From assembly GCA_965218585.1 (NCBI GenBank), contig CBDCLE010000019.1, forward strand, positions 1-64,000: a DNA stretch of 64,000 bases, given 5' to 3'. The notes under the pieces are model-generated. The model worked only from the letters and a program-made list of their open reading frames with translations. It was not told the DNA's origin and made no database searches. Made by a program: the position numbers and the translations under genes. This document shows positions 23,549 through 34,292 of the stretch, one piece after another. The DNA comes from Terriglobia bacterium (lineage in GTDB: Bacteria > Acidobacteriota > Terriglobia > 20CM-2-55-15). Each line of letters starts with the position of its first letter. The first letter of the stretch is position 1.

Positions 23549-24643
23549 TCAAGACTTGAGCGAGTTCGCGGCCGAACGATAAGCGTTGATGCCGAGAGCC
23601 TCCCGAATATCTTCCGTGGCTTCGAGGGTCATGGCTTCGGTGGGAAGACCGAGGCAGTTTGCAACCCGGTCGCTGTTGCTGAAACATCCGGCAATGATGG
23701 CGGAAACCGCAACCGCAGCCGGTCCAAGTTGCTCGGAAACGGCCGTTCTTGCACGGTTCAGCCTGCCCGGGTCATCGCCCAATACGGCGTCGGCAAAGTT
23801 CCGGAGTGCGGTGCCGCCGTCCACGCCGATCTCTATACCGGGCTCAACCAACCCCCTCAGGTTGAAGTCCCGTCCGATCACGCGGCCGCTCTCACGGAGG
23901 GCCATGGCGTGTCCGGAGGTTCAGTAAAAGCACTCGTTAACGGCCGAGACCCTGCCGGCGATGACTTCCGCTTGCGGGCGGGTCAGTGCTTCGTGATGTT
24001 GATAGTCGAATTCTGCGAATCGGTACGAGGGCAGGTATTGGACCTTGTCAGTCTCCAGGTGGGCACGCGTCTCGGGGGGCACGAGGCTGAGCGCCCGATA
24101 GATGAAATACATCATTTCTTCGCCGTACAATTCTTTAGCATCGTCGCCTCCGGGGGGGCCGGAAGGCACGGTGTCTACCCATGCTCCTTCGGGAATCGCC
24201 GCCGCCGGTCGCTGCCTGGATGGATCGCCTTCGCGAGGTGCGCCGATAGCCCGCGGTCCTACGCCAATGCCTCGTGCAATGACATCCATGCTTACGACGC
24301 GCCCCGTGACACCAACAACTTCAACATATTCGGCATCGGTCAACCCATCTTCCACGGCCTGATCATAGAATTCGCGGACGATGGTCCCCGGCGACACCGC
24401 AACCTCCCGCGCAACACGCTTCGCGGCAGAGGAGAGGTCTCGGCCATCGGTAACCGGGGCGGGCACGCCAGCGGCCTCCTGAACACCAGCTTCGATACGC
24501 GCAGCGCGTACCTCTTCGGCGAGCGCGACGCGCTGAATTCCCGTGAACCACGTCCCAGGTTCGCGGAGCGCATCGAGCTGGCGCGCATGGAGCTCCTCGA
24601 GGGCGGTGTCTACAGGGTATTCAGAATCACTGTACAAACTCAT
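23549..24643 (-). CDS. AhpD-like alkylhydroperoxidase-related protein, probable selenoprotein (UGA at 23921-23923)
   Basis: Two ORFs in the same frame separated only by TGA: RVSAVNECFY-U-TSGHAMAL gives CxxUxxxH; hairpin directly 3' of the UGA. Confidence 0.8.
23879..23911 (-). promoter_or_regulatory. Candidate bacterial SECIS
   Basis: CACGC-CAU-GGCC-CUC-CGUGA-GAG-C-GGCC-GCGUG stem-loop starting 9 nt after the UGA. Confidence 0.55.
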
Positions 24644-24870
24644 CCGCTCTGTCCTTTTGTATTGTAGTGATCGAATCGTTAAGGCCGTTTGAAGCCTACC
24701 AGAACGCGAATGTCTGCCCCAGCTACAAATCACTACATCAATGCGCTGATTAAGATGCGCCGATTGAAGTTGGGTATTGTAAGGTATGAGAGCCCCGCAG
24801 GTTCAGCGATGCCTGGCGTGGGATCCGAAGGACAAACAGGGAAAATTACGGCAGAGACAGAGCGATTGCG

Positions 24871-26067
24871 ATGATATCCGATTATCGAATCTGGCGCCTC
24901 CCGCAGCACGAGTGGTGCAAGCGGCTACCTATCGAACCTGCGGTTCAGATCGGCCAGCGGCTGTTCATTGCTGGACAAGTGGCGTCGTCCATTAGCGCCG
25001 CGTCGGCGGCGCAGGGGATCGAAGGCCAGGCAGTCGCGGCTTTCGAGCAAGTACGAAGTATCGTCGAACAGGCCGGCGGCTCGATGGCAGACCTTGTGAG
25101 CGTTACGTCTTTCACGAGAGACCCGCGCGACATTCCAACCGTTCTCGATGTTGGGGGTCGCTTTCTGAACGACCCGTATCCGGCCTGGACCGCGGCAAGC
25201 ATGATCGGGACCTTGAACACGGCAGACGACGTTGTCGTCAAAGCTGTGGCAGACCTGGGGCCGGGAGCGAAGACGAGTTACCGTCCCGAATCGTGCAATT
25301 GGATGAGCCCGTTCCCGATGGCCGCCGGATGCCGCAAGGGAGATATCCTCAGTATCGCGGGACAGACAGCGGCCGCCAGTGACGGAACAATCACACCACC
25401 TTTCGACCACTTGGAACAGGCTACGATAGCGTATCGAAGAATGAACGATGTTCTCGTCGAGGCCGGCGGATCATTCGAAGACGTTCTCGATTTCACCTCG
25501 TTTCATCAAGATATCCGCGGCGCTGAAGCGACACTTCTTGATGTGTATATGCCCACCGTAATGGCGGGCGCGACCAGCGAGACGGCGGCGACGACGAGTC
25601 ACATCGGCGTACCCGGACTGGTTGCGCCGGGTGTGATCGGTTGCTACTCGGCGACCGCTGATCTCTCTGACGGTGAGCGTCTGGGATCCACTCCAGACTC
25701 GATCTGGTGGAAAGGGATATACGCGATCTCCGGCGGCGCAATGAAGGCTCGCGGGTCCATAATTACGATTGCGGGCCAGGTCGCTTCGGCTTCTGACGGT
25801 TCGCTTGTGGGCGCCGGCGATCCCGACCGACAGGCCCACTACATCTTCTCCGCCATGAGGGAGATCCTCGAGGGATTCGATGCCTCGATGAAGAACGTCG
25901 CCGAAATCACTTCGTTTCACAAGGACGCGCGATCGATCGAGGCGGCGATGGAGGTTGCGAGGGGCTACCTCGACGATGATCACCTGCCTGCGTGGACACC
26001 GATCGCAGTTCCCGGGTTGTGGGTGGAGGGGTTCTTACATGAGATCGCGGCGGTCGCCGTCGTATAA
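24871..26067 (+). CDS. Rid (YjgF/YER057c/UK114) protein with three tandem domains
   Basis: Three repeats of IAGQ..Q....G.S..D/N....TSF. Confidence 0.8.
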   Translation: MISDYRIWRLPQHEWCKRLPIEPAVQIGQRLFIAGQVASSISAASAAQGIEGQAVAAFEQVRSIVEQAGGSMADLVSVTSFTRDPRDIPTVLDVGGRFLNDPYPAWTAASMIGTLNTADDVVVKAVADLGPGAKTSYRPESCNWMSPFPMAAGCRKGDILSIAGQTAAASDGTITPPFDHLEQATIAYRRMNDVLVEAGGSFEDVLDFTSFHQDIRGAEATLLDVYMPTVMAGATSETAATTSHIGVPGLVAPGVIGCYSATADLSDGERLGSTPDSIWWKGIYAISGGAMKARGSIITIAGQVASASDGSLVGAGDPDRQAHYIFSAMREILEGFDASMKNVAEITSFHKDARSIEAAMEVARGYLDDDHLPAWTPIAVPGLWVEGFLHEIAAVAVV

Positions 26068-26163
26068 ACCTTCCGCTCTGAACTCCCGGCTTCATCCCGT
26101 AGCCGAGGCCGAATCGATAGGACCCTCGCCCGGTCGCAGTGATCACATGTGGAGGATTTAGCC

Positions 26164-26916
26164 ATGGGTCTGGAAATCTCCTTGGCCGGTAAGGTAGCGC
26201 TGGTAACGGGCGCGAATTCGGGTATCGGTCGTGCCATCGCAGTGAGTCTCGGTCGAGCCGGGGCCTCGGTGACGCTCGTCGGCCGCGACCAGTCACGTCT
26301 CGATCAGGCGGTCGCGCTCGTTGAAGCGGAAGGAGCCGCGGCTTGGGGCGTCGCGCGTGACCTCAAAGATGAACAGGGCCACCATGAGATGGTGTCGGCA
26401 ACCGTCGAACGATTCGGTGGCCTTGATGTCCTCGTGCACTCGGCGGCCGTGTGGGTTCCCGAGCCGTTCGCCGAGACGACGCTGTCATCACTGGATGATC
26501 ACTGGAATGTGAACGTGCGTGCCCCCTTCTCGCTGACCCAGGCCGCCCTGCCTCACCTTCGTGGCGGAGGCTCGGTCATTTTCATTTCCTCCATATCGGG
26601 TAAGGTTGGTGATCCGGGGTTTTCGGCCTATGCCGCCACCAAGGGTGCTATAGAACTCCTGACCCGCGTTCTCGGCAAGGAGTTGATCGAGGATGGCGTG
26701 CGAGTCAACGCGGTTGCACCCGGTGTAACCGCTACCGAAATGAACGCGGGACCGATGTCCGATCCGGTTTATAAGGCGGAGGTAGAGGGCATGATCCCGG
26801 CCGGCCGCCTCGGCCGGGCCGAGGAAATTGCGCCCCTGGTCACGTTCCTGGCCAGCGAGCATTCAACCTACATAAACGGGATGAGTTATGGCGTCGACGG
26901 GGGTTGGACGGCTTAA
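26164..26916 (+). CDS. Short-chain dehydrogenase/reductase
   Basis: TGANSGIG, YAATK, VRVNAVAPG, VDGG. Confidence 0.93.
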   Translation: MGLEISLAGKVALVTGANSGIGRAIAVSLGRAGASVTLVGRDQSRLDQAVALVEAEGAAAWGVARDLKDEQGHHEMVSATVERFGGLDVLVHSAAVWVPEPFAETTLSSLDDHWNVNVRAPFSLTQAALPHLRGGGSVIFISSISGKVGDPGFSAYAATKGAIELLTRVLGKELIEDGVRVNAVAPGVTATEMNAGPMSDPVYKAEVEGMIPAGRLGRAEEIAPLVTFLASEHSTYINGMSYGVDGGWTA

Positions 26917-27117
26917 AGAAAACCTCTCGATAAACGTTGTCAAGCAAGTGTGCAGCGCCGTAAGGTTTCATCCTACAGCTGTCCGGGAGACGAGAGGTGC
27001 TCTCGGGCCGACCGAAGGGATGTAGCCTGATCCCGGAAGCCGGAACCCGAGTGCTCGTTTGATCGTGATGTCAGACGGAGATGGCACCTCGTTCAACGGT
27101 GAAACAGGAGGAATCAA

Positions 27118-27921
27118 ATGATATACACAGAGAATAGGCCGTTAAGACAGAACATTTCGCGAATAGTTGTGCGAGTGGCCTTCCTGGTTGTGGTTGCGGG
27201 GTGTTCTCTCCTGACCCTTCAAGCTCGACAGGTGGACACTTCTCCAACGCCAAACCTGTCTGAAATTTGGAATCGCACCGGATGCATGCCGAATGGGTTC
27301 AGCTGTCCCTTCGATCTCACCGCACTCCCGTTGACGGCCAGGGCGAACGGTTTCCGGCAGGCGTTCGATGAAGTGCTGGGTCCGAAGTATGATTGTGTCC
27401 AGGCGACAATACCCTCGCTGATCGTCGATCCCTACAATTTTCGGATCGAACAGATGGAGGATCGCATCATTTTTACGTACGAGAAGGACGATGTAGTTCG
27501 CACTGTCTGGCTGGAAGGACATGGGCATCCTGATCCCGGCCCCTACGATTCGACTCACCATGGGTATTCGAAGGGCAGTTACGAGAACGGTGAGCTGACC
27601 ATAGAGACGACGAAGTTCCTTTTTGATCCTACGGGACTCGACGATCTATCCAATGTACCTTCGTCAACATTGAAGCGGGTTGTGGAACGTTACAGCAGAG
27701 CAGGTGATCTTCTGAACGTAGAAGTGACGGTCGAAGACCCACTGATGCTCACCGAACCCGTCCGGTTTACTTACGGCTGGGAACGGTCCCAAACCCCGTT
27801 GGTGCTTCCCTACGGATGCGATACCGAAGTCGCCAGACAGCCGACTGAGCTTCTGGCACCCATGTATCTCGATCCAGGATGGGTTCGGCTCCCAGCGCCG
27901 GCGTTTGAAATCTCTCAATGA
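27118..27921 (+). CDS. Secreted hypothetical protein (DUF6152 partner type)
   Basis: SD AGGAGG; hydrophobic N-terminus; HGYSKG.Y..GEL.IET, VVERYSR, VEDP..LTEP, YGC. Confidence 0.7.
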   Translation: MIYTENRPLRQNISRIVVRVAFLVVVAGCSLLTLQARQVDTSPTPNLSEIWNRTGCMPNGFSCPFDLTALPLTARANGFRQAFDEVLGPKYDCVQATIPSLIVDPYNFRIEQMEDRIIFTYEKDDVVRTVWLEGHGHPDPGPYDSTHHGYSKGSYENGELTIETTKFLFDPTGLDDLSNVPSSTLKRVVERYSRAGDLLNVEVTVEDPLMLTEPVRFTYGWERSQTPLVLPYGCDTEVARQPTELLAPMYLDPGWVRLPAPAFEISQ

Positions 27922-27993
27922 GCGACGTCTTTCACCAAGTGCCGTATTCTCGTCTGTCAGAGTTGCGGTGGGACCGAACAGGAGGTTGAAGAA

Positions 27994-28386
27994 GTGAGAC
28001 TATTTGCGTCGATGCTATTGACTCTCTTGGTAGGAATGCTGGCTGTGATGGTTCCCGCCGAAGGGCATCATTCACAGGCACCGTTCTTCGATCAGAATCA
28101 GGTTATCGAGATTGAAGGGGTTGTGCAGCGGTTCATATTCAGGAATCCCCATCCACTGATCTACATCGAGGTCACCGAAGAGAACGGTGAGAAGGTGGCC
28201 TGGTCGGTCCAGGGCGCCAACGCGACATCCATGAGCACCGACGGCTGGAGTGACGAAACGGTCGCAGTTGGCGAAGTGATCAGAGCAAAGGGGCATCCAT
28301 CGAAAGCACCGGGAACCCACGGCATTCAGTGTTTGGAGGTAGTCAAAGAAGACGGCACTGTGGTCCCAGTCCGGTGGGTCTTGTGA
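27994..28386 (+). CDS. DUF6152-like secreted protein
   Basis: Signal peptide then HHSQAPFFD, IEGVV, RNPH, W.V. Confidence 0.75.
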   Translation: MRLFASMLLTLLVGMLAVMVPAEGHHSQAPFFDQNQVIEIEGVVQRFIFRNPHPLIYIEVTEENGEKVAWSVQGANATSMSTDGWSDETVAVGEVIRAKGHPSKAPGTHGIQCLEVVKEDGTVVPVRWVL

Positions 28387-28659
28387 CCTGGCCTAGAAAT
28401 CCAGTCCCGTTCTGAGACTCTGGAAAAGCGAGGGTCGGCCTCGCAGAATCAGCCGTATTGATCTCTACTCAGGTCTCCATGACGACGACGGCGGCCGAGA
28501 TCGTCTGATCATGCGTCAGTAGTAAGTCGAAATTCACTACGTTTGATTCTCCCGATTACTCCTCGTCTTCTTTCAGCCCCGGTTTCCGCTCACGGTTCTT
28601 CGGCGGATTCCAAGCGGCCGACGTAGTTGGTAGTCGCTTTAAGCTTCCGGCCAGTGAGC

Positions 28660-28989
28660 TAATTTCGACCGTCACGGATCTAACGCGGTTTGCGGCAGCC
28701 CTTTTCAACGGCGGAGCTGCTTGAAGACGAAATGATTGAGGAAATGTTCACTGTCGTACCGGATAGTTCCGGACAGGTTCGCTTTACTCCGGGCTGGACT
28801 CCACGAGGTGAACAGCCCTACGGCCGGGTCTTTGATTTCAATGGGTCGATGGAAGGGACGACGGCGCTCATCGAGGTCGTGCCTGAGAGGCGGTATACGC
28901 TGGCCCTGCTTGCCAATCGTGAACGCTACGTTCCGGAATTGCTGCCAATCGCAAGCGAAGTGCGCAGTCTGGTGCTCGGCGCTCCGTAA
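28660..28989 (+). pseudogene. C-terminal remnant of a beta-lactamase-like serine hydrolase
   Basis: STVTDLTRFAAAL.., FNGSMEGTTA..PERRYTLALLAN; no N-terminus. Confidence 0.5.
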
Positions 28990-29001
28990 CACTTCGCGTC
29001 C

Positions 29002-29334
29002 TTAAGGGTTCGCTTCGCAGAACGCGATGGCTTCGGCAAGATCGGACTGCAACTGTTCGCCATCTGGAACCGTCAGTGGAGGCACAGCCTCGTAGTCCTG
29101 GCCGCACATTAAAATCAACCAGCCCTGATCGTTCGATACTCGCCGGTTGCTCCACAATGTTCGCTTGGATCTTCTCATGCTTAGGACGGATGCGTTGCGC
29201 CAGACGGTTACATACTGGCCAAAATATCTCTGACCTCGTTCGTCGAGTTCATATTTGGCATACAACTCAGACAGAGTTATCGGTTCGTCTTCATCTGCTA
29301 TTAAATCGTTTTCTTTCTTGGTTTCAGACATCAC
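29002..29334 (-). CDS. Hypothetical protein
   Basis: 110-aa ORF only. Confidence 0.45.
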   Translation of the reverse strand: MMSETKKENDLIADEDEPITLSELYAKYELDERGQRYFGQYVTVWRNASVLSMRRSKRTLWSNRRVSNDQGWLILMCGQDYEAVPPLTVPDGEQLQSDLAEAIAFCEANP

Positions 29335-29379
29335 AACTTGCGTCTAGAAGCGCAGCCGGAATGAGTGGCGCAAAGATGT

Positions 29380-29892
29380 TTACTCAGGCTCTATTTCTTC
29401 ATCCATAAATCGTTGAATCGCGCCATCGTCGAATTGAACTACATAGACGCGAGGGTCTGCCCTGGGTTGGTCTGGCTTTGCCTCTAATTGTGGCAAGTGA
29501 GAAATCCCGATGATGGACCCCGACTTGGCGAGCGACCCTTTTATGACTTTGACCCCGTCGTTGAGTTTGAATACGGAAATTCTGAGACCAACTACCTCCG
29601 CCAGCCGTTTCCTTAGCAATAGCAGGTGTGGGTCCGGCTCGCGCTGTCCATCCACCGGTCGCCATGTAGAGTCGTTTGAAGCGTCAAGCAGGTCTCTGGC
29701 ATCGGTCTCCGACAACCCCAGTGTATTGGCTGCTTCCATGCACATGGCGTCACCATACGGCGTGCCTGTCTGTATGTAGCAAACCGTTCCAATCGCTTCG
29801 AATACCAAGCCCTCGGGTCCATCCTTGGCAGTTCCCCGGATCCACATGCGCGGTTGAGATCTTTTCTCTGATCCAGAGCCGGTATCGGGCAC
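29380..29892 (-). CDS. Hypothetical protein, possibly 5'-truncated by the IS5 element
   Basis: 170-aa ORF starting beside the IS end. Confidence 0.45.
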   Translation of the reverse strand: MPDTGSGSEKRSQPRMWIRGTAKDGPEGLVFEAIGTVCYIQTGTPYGDAMCMEAANTLGLSETDARDLLDASNDSTWRPVDGQREPDPHLLLLRKRLAEVVGLRISVFKLNDGVKVIKGSLAKSGSIIGISHLPQLEAKPDQPRADPRVYVVQFDDGAIQRFMDEEIEPE

Positions 29893-29927
29893 AAGTTTCC
29901 ACTCGAACAGATGCTGAAATTTTGCTA

Positions 29928-30741
29928 GAGCGTGTTAACACTAACGTAGTGCCTCGACGATGAGTGCGAAGTGAAGGAAGGCGAGGAACATGACGTCGAG
30001 TTTATCGAAATGGGAGAAGATACGCCGAAAACCCTTGAGTCGGCGGAAGAGCCTCTCGACTTCGTTCCTGCGGCGGTAGAGCACGCGGTCGTATTCCCAC
30101 GGCTCCAGGCGGTTGCGCTTGGGCGGCACGACGGGAATCCACCCAAAATCCAGAGCCAATTGGCGGGTCTGGTCGTCCTGGTAGGCACGGTCCATCAGCA
30201 GCGGCAGCGGCGCGGGCAACGGCCCCAGGCCGGCGAGCAGATCGCGGCCCTGCGGGGCGTCGTGCGCTTGGCCGGGCGAGAGCGCAAACGTTATCGCCGT
30301 TCGAGCATTCGCGGCAACCAGATGAATCTTGGTGGTCCATCCACCGCGGGATTTGCCGATCGCTTGCGGACCGTTTTTTTTAACGCTCCCGTGCCGTCGG
30401 GATGCACCTTCACAATGGTCGAGTCCATCGAAACGGCTTCCACCCGGATGCGCACCAGTTGCTCGCGCTGGAGTTTTTCGAAGACGGCGTCGAGCACCCC
30501 GTTCTTGGACCAGCGGTTCATCCGGGTGTAGATGGTGTGCCAGTTGCCAAAGCGCTTGGGCAGACCGCGCCACTTGCAGCCCTGCTCAGCCACATACAAA
30601 ATGGCGTTCAAGACCGTCAGGTTCGAAAGACTGACGTTGCCCCGCTGACGCGGCAGTTCCGGCTCGATGCGACAATACTGCTCCTGTGTGATCTCCATGC
30701 CTGATTATAAAACATTCATGCTCATTAGTGTTAACACGCTC
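29928..30741 (-). mobile_element. IS5-family element (IS427-like)
   Basis: Perfect IRs GAGCGTGTTAACACTAA in CTAG context at both ends; two-ORF transposase. Confidence 0.93.
29941..30698 (-). CDS. IS5 transposase with probable programmed -1 frameshift at the A run near 30375-30382
   Basis: GCKWRGLPKRFGNWHTIYTRMNRW, MDSTIVKVH; GKSRGGWTTKIH, MDRAY, YRRRNEVERLF. Confidence 0.9.
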
Positions 30742-30893
30742 TAGTTCACTTATGAGTTCTGAGGAAGTCATCGGGGTTAGCGTGAAAGACATTTCTCTGG
30801 GGATTATCCCGACCAGAAAATGTTCTCTGAAAACGTTTGGTTCCGGTAGATTGAAAGCCAACAAGAACTACTGGGCCCTCGGGGTGAGGAATC

Positions 30894-31220
30894 TCAGCTA
30901 TTGAAACCCCCAGCCGAAAACGATGAACTGTTTTGGGGAAAAAGCAACCCGGCGATAGTTCCCGCGGTTTTTTCTACTCTCTCTCGTCGGTGTTCTGGCA
31001 CTTGTCTTGCATAGGCCATAACGGCATCTAGAGCTGCTTCAAGATGAGCTGGACTCACCTCAAGATCCTGACTCGCTTCTGCCTCTTGGAACGTTTGAGA
31101 AGTCTCCCGAAAAAGTTGTATCCGGTCAGGAGCGCTTGGCGCAAATAGCATCAAGGCATCAGTCACAATAGCCAAGTCCCGCCGATCCAGCTGAGCTTTC
31201 AAAATGCTCTCCCCGATCAC
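30894..31220 (-). CDS. Hypothetical protein
   Basis: 108-aa helical-looking ORF. Confidence 0.45.
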   Translation of the reverse strand: MIGESILKAQLDRRDLAIVTDALMLFAPSAPDRIQLFRETSQTFQEAEASQDLEVSPAHLEAALDAVMAYARQVPEHRRERVEKTAGTIAGLLFPQNSSSFSAGGFNS

Positions 31221-31569
31221 ACTAAATTGCTGGAATTATAACAATTATAGGTCTATGTTGGTAGGTGGATTTCTCGGGACCCATGCTCAAGAGGCCATCT
31301 TCAGTTTGCGGTTGGTGGGTGGCTGTTTGGCGCGGAGTGATCGTCTGACACGTGAGCTAGAGAAGCAAAAAGCCGAGCGGTTGGCTCGGCTTTTTCTAGA
31401 TTTCTTCCATTGTATGTACAAGTTTGGCACGAATCTGCCCAGGATAACCGCAAAGTATGACGTCCCTTGGACAAATGGCCTCACCAGAAGTTCGCCACGT
31501 TGATTTCTTGAATTGTGAAAGAGTGACCGCGGCAGATGAGACACTATCCCTTAGGCGGCAGGAGAATCC

Positions 31570-31730
31570 ATGCAGACTCCCAGGGAAGTGGTCCAGGCTT
31601 GGGTAGACGCGTTCAACCGCGCTGACGCGGACGCGGTGGCTTCCCTTTACACTAAAGATGCCACCAACCACCAGGTTGTTCGTGATCCCGTCGAAGGTCG
31701 ACCTGCGATTCATGGGAAATTTTTAGGGAC
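31570..31730 (+). pseudogene. Truncated SnoaL/NTF2-like protein
   Basis: SD AGGAG; MQTPREVVQAWVDAFNRADADAVASLYTKDATNHQV..VEGRPAI, then similarity is lost near the transposon end. Confidence 0.65.
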
Positions 31731-31760
31731 TCTACCGTTAGAGCCTGACACGTTGACTTG

Positions 31761-33616
31761 TGTCCAACGTCAATCAGAATTCCTTCTCGCATTGACTCAT
31801 TGAAAATGTTACCGAACTGAGGGTTGTTGCCTCATTAGAAATGTTACCCAACTCTATGAGAACGGAGGTGGGAAGTGAGGACACACATGACTGTTGCGGC
31901 AAGGCGAGAATTAGCTCTACGAACGGCGGTTCGCTACAAGAATGCGGCGCGACCGGAGAAGAAGCGAATCCTGGATGAGTTCCTTGAATCGACCGGGTTC
32001 CATCGGAAGCACGCGACACGGCTTCTGAACGACATTCTGAGGGGCGAACGGCCCCGACGGCAACCGCGCGGCCGGGTCCGTCGATACGGCCCCGCGGTGC
32101 AGGCCGCCCTGATCGCGGCCTGGCGCACAGTCAATGATGTCTGTGGCAAACGGCTCGTTCCGTTTCTGCCGGAGCTGATCCCGACCATGGAGCGTCACGG
32201 GCATCTGTCATTGTCTGATAAAACGCGGGCGGATCTGCTTGAGCTGAGCGCCGCCACGGCTGATCGGATCTTCCGTCAATTCCGATTCGATCATCGACCG
32301 CACGGCAAGACCACCACCAAGTCCGGACAGTTACTCAAACACCGCGTTCCGATTCGCACATTCGCCGACTGGGCGGACACGCGGCCGGGATTCATGGAAG
32401 CGGACTTGGTTGCACACTGCGGCGGGAACTCGGAAGGCCCTTTCCTCCACACCCTGGTACTGACCGACGTGGCGACCGGCTGGACCGAATGTCTGGCGTT
32501 GCTACGGCGTACGGAGGCGGACATTCTGCAGGCGCTCACGACGGCACGGCAGATCCTTCCGTTTCAGCTTGTCGGCCTGGACACGGATAACGGTTCCGAG
32601 TTCATGAACTACGGACTCCTCGCCTACTGCGAGCGTGAAACGATTCAATTCACCCGAGGCCGGGCGCGCCGGAAGAACGACCAGTGCTTCGTCGAACAGA
32701 AGAACGGCTCGATCGTCCGCCAATTGGTCGGCTACGACCGCTACGAAGGCTCACTGGCATACAGGCAGCTTGCCGAGCTCTACCGAGTGGTCCGGCTCTA
32801 CGTGAACTTCTTCCAGCCGTCCATGAAGCTCACGACGAAGACTCGCGATGGATCCCGGGTGACGAAACGCTACGATATCGCGCAAACACCCTATCAACGG
32901 CTCTCGAATTCGGATGCGCTCGACCCGGAGGTTCGCGTTCGCCTTGCTGCGATTTATGAACGTTCGGATCCGGTCGATCTCCTACGACAGCTTGAGAAAC
33001 TCCAGGATGCATTCTGGAGACATGCGAAGGAACTGGCCTCTCCCACGCTAACGGACGACATCGTGCGCGCCGCCCTTGTGTCCCCGAACTGCGACGCAGA
33101 TGCAGACCGAGCCCCGATTGAGGCGGAACTCCCCGATCCCGGCTTCGAGCAACGAATCACGCGTCGGTATCGCAAAACACGGAAACAACCTGTGCCCCAC
33201 ATCTGGCGTACTCGCCCGGACCCGTTCGACGGCGTCTGGGAGGAGATGCGGTCATGGCTTGAATCCGATCCCGGGCGAACATCAAAGTCGCTGTTGCTTG
33301 AGCTTCAGCAGCGGCGCCCGGGACGTTACCCCAACGGTCAGTTACGGACCCTGCAGCGGCGCGTGCGCGAATGGCGGCGTCAGATTCTGGAGACTTTCGA
33401 TGGCGAGTGGCTCGAACTGGATCGGGTCCGCCCGGCTTCAGCATCTGCGGGCGACGGGGGCTGTGGAAAAGGCGGTCGCCCCACAGCCTCGACGGCGGGA
33501 AGAACTCTCCCGTTTGACCGGTCGTTCGGTAACATTTCTAATGAGGCAACAACCCTCAGTTCGGTAACATTTTTAAATGAGGCAATACGAGAAGGAATTC
33601 TGATTGACGTTGGACA
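31761..33616 (+). mobile_element. rve/DDE transposable element with ~88-bp terminal IRs (TGT...ACA)
   Basis: 31761-31848 nearly matches the reverse complement of ~33528-33616; two TTGCCTCATTAGAAATGTTACC-like sites per end; no target duplication. Confidence 0.9.
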
Positions 33617-33845
33617 ACGCCCACAACGACTAGATCCAGCATCTCCGTACGCGAGTTCATCTGGACACGGCCCGCCCCGATCTGTCTCGATAGCGCCTGG
33701 TAGGCACCTAGCAGCAACTGTTGCCCCGTCTGGCCTCGAGCGTAGAACGTCCGGGATACCTGCGCTCCGCCGAAAGAACGGTTCGACAGAACGCCTCCGT
33801 ACTCACGAGCGAAAGGAACCCCCTGGGCGACACACTGGTCAATGA
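31888..33845 (+). CDS. rve-family transposase; ORF reads through the right IR, real 3' end probably near 33450-33530
   Basis: [40 protein letters not shown]-terminal [20 protein letters not shown]. Confidence 0.85.
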
Positions 33846-33940
33846 TGTTGAGGCTGATCTCGGCCAGACGATAGACGTTTGCCTCTCGCGACCGATAATC
33901 TCCACCTTTGATGGTGTCGTAGAAAAGACGAAACACGCTG

Positions 33941-33972
<32 letters not shown>

Positions 33973-34238
33973 TATTCCCCCTTGGGCTGCGATGCTATGC
34001 GCTCGGCGAGGGCTATCCTGGTAGCAGAAGCATTTGACGTTGTAGCCCAGTTCCGCTAGGGATGCCGCCGCCGCCGCACCCGCCAACCCGGAGCCGACGA
34101 CAATAACGCTGTGCCTGCGTTTGTTCGCCGGATTGACGAGCCTTAACCGAAACTGGCGTCGTTTCCACTTCTTCTCAATAGGGCCTGACGGAATTTTCGG
34201 CGATTACTCACTTCACACGCTCAAATCTGCATAGAGAT

Positions 34239-34287
34239 TTGCCACTAACTCCAGAAGCCCCTAGAATTATTACACTCTAGGGGCTTC
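34239..34287 (+). promoter_or_regulatory. Promoter TTGCCA-N17-TAGAAT for the tRNA, overlapped by a 12-bp inverted repeat
   Basis: -35 at 34239-34244, -10 at 34262-34267; GAAGCCCCTAGA (34254-34265)/TCTAGGGGCTTC (34276-34287). Confidence 0.6.
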
Positions 34288-34292
34288 ATTTT

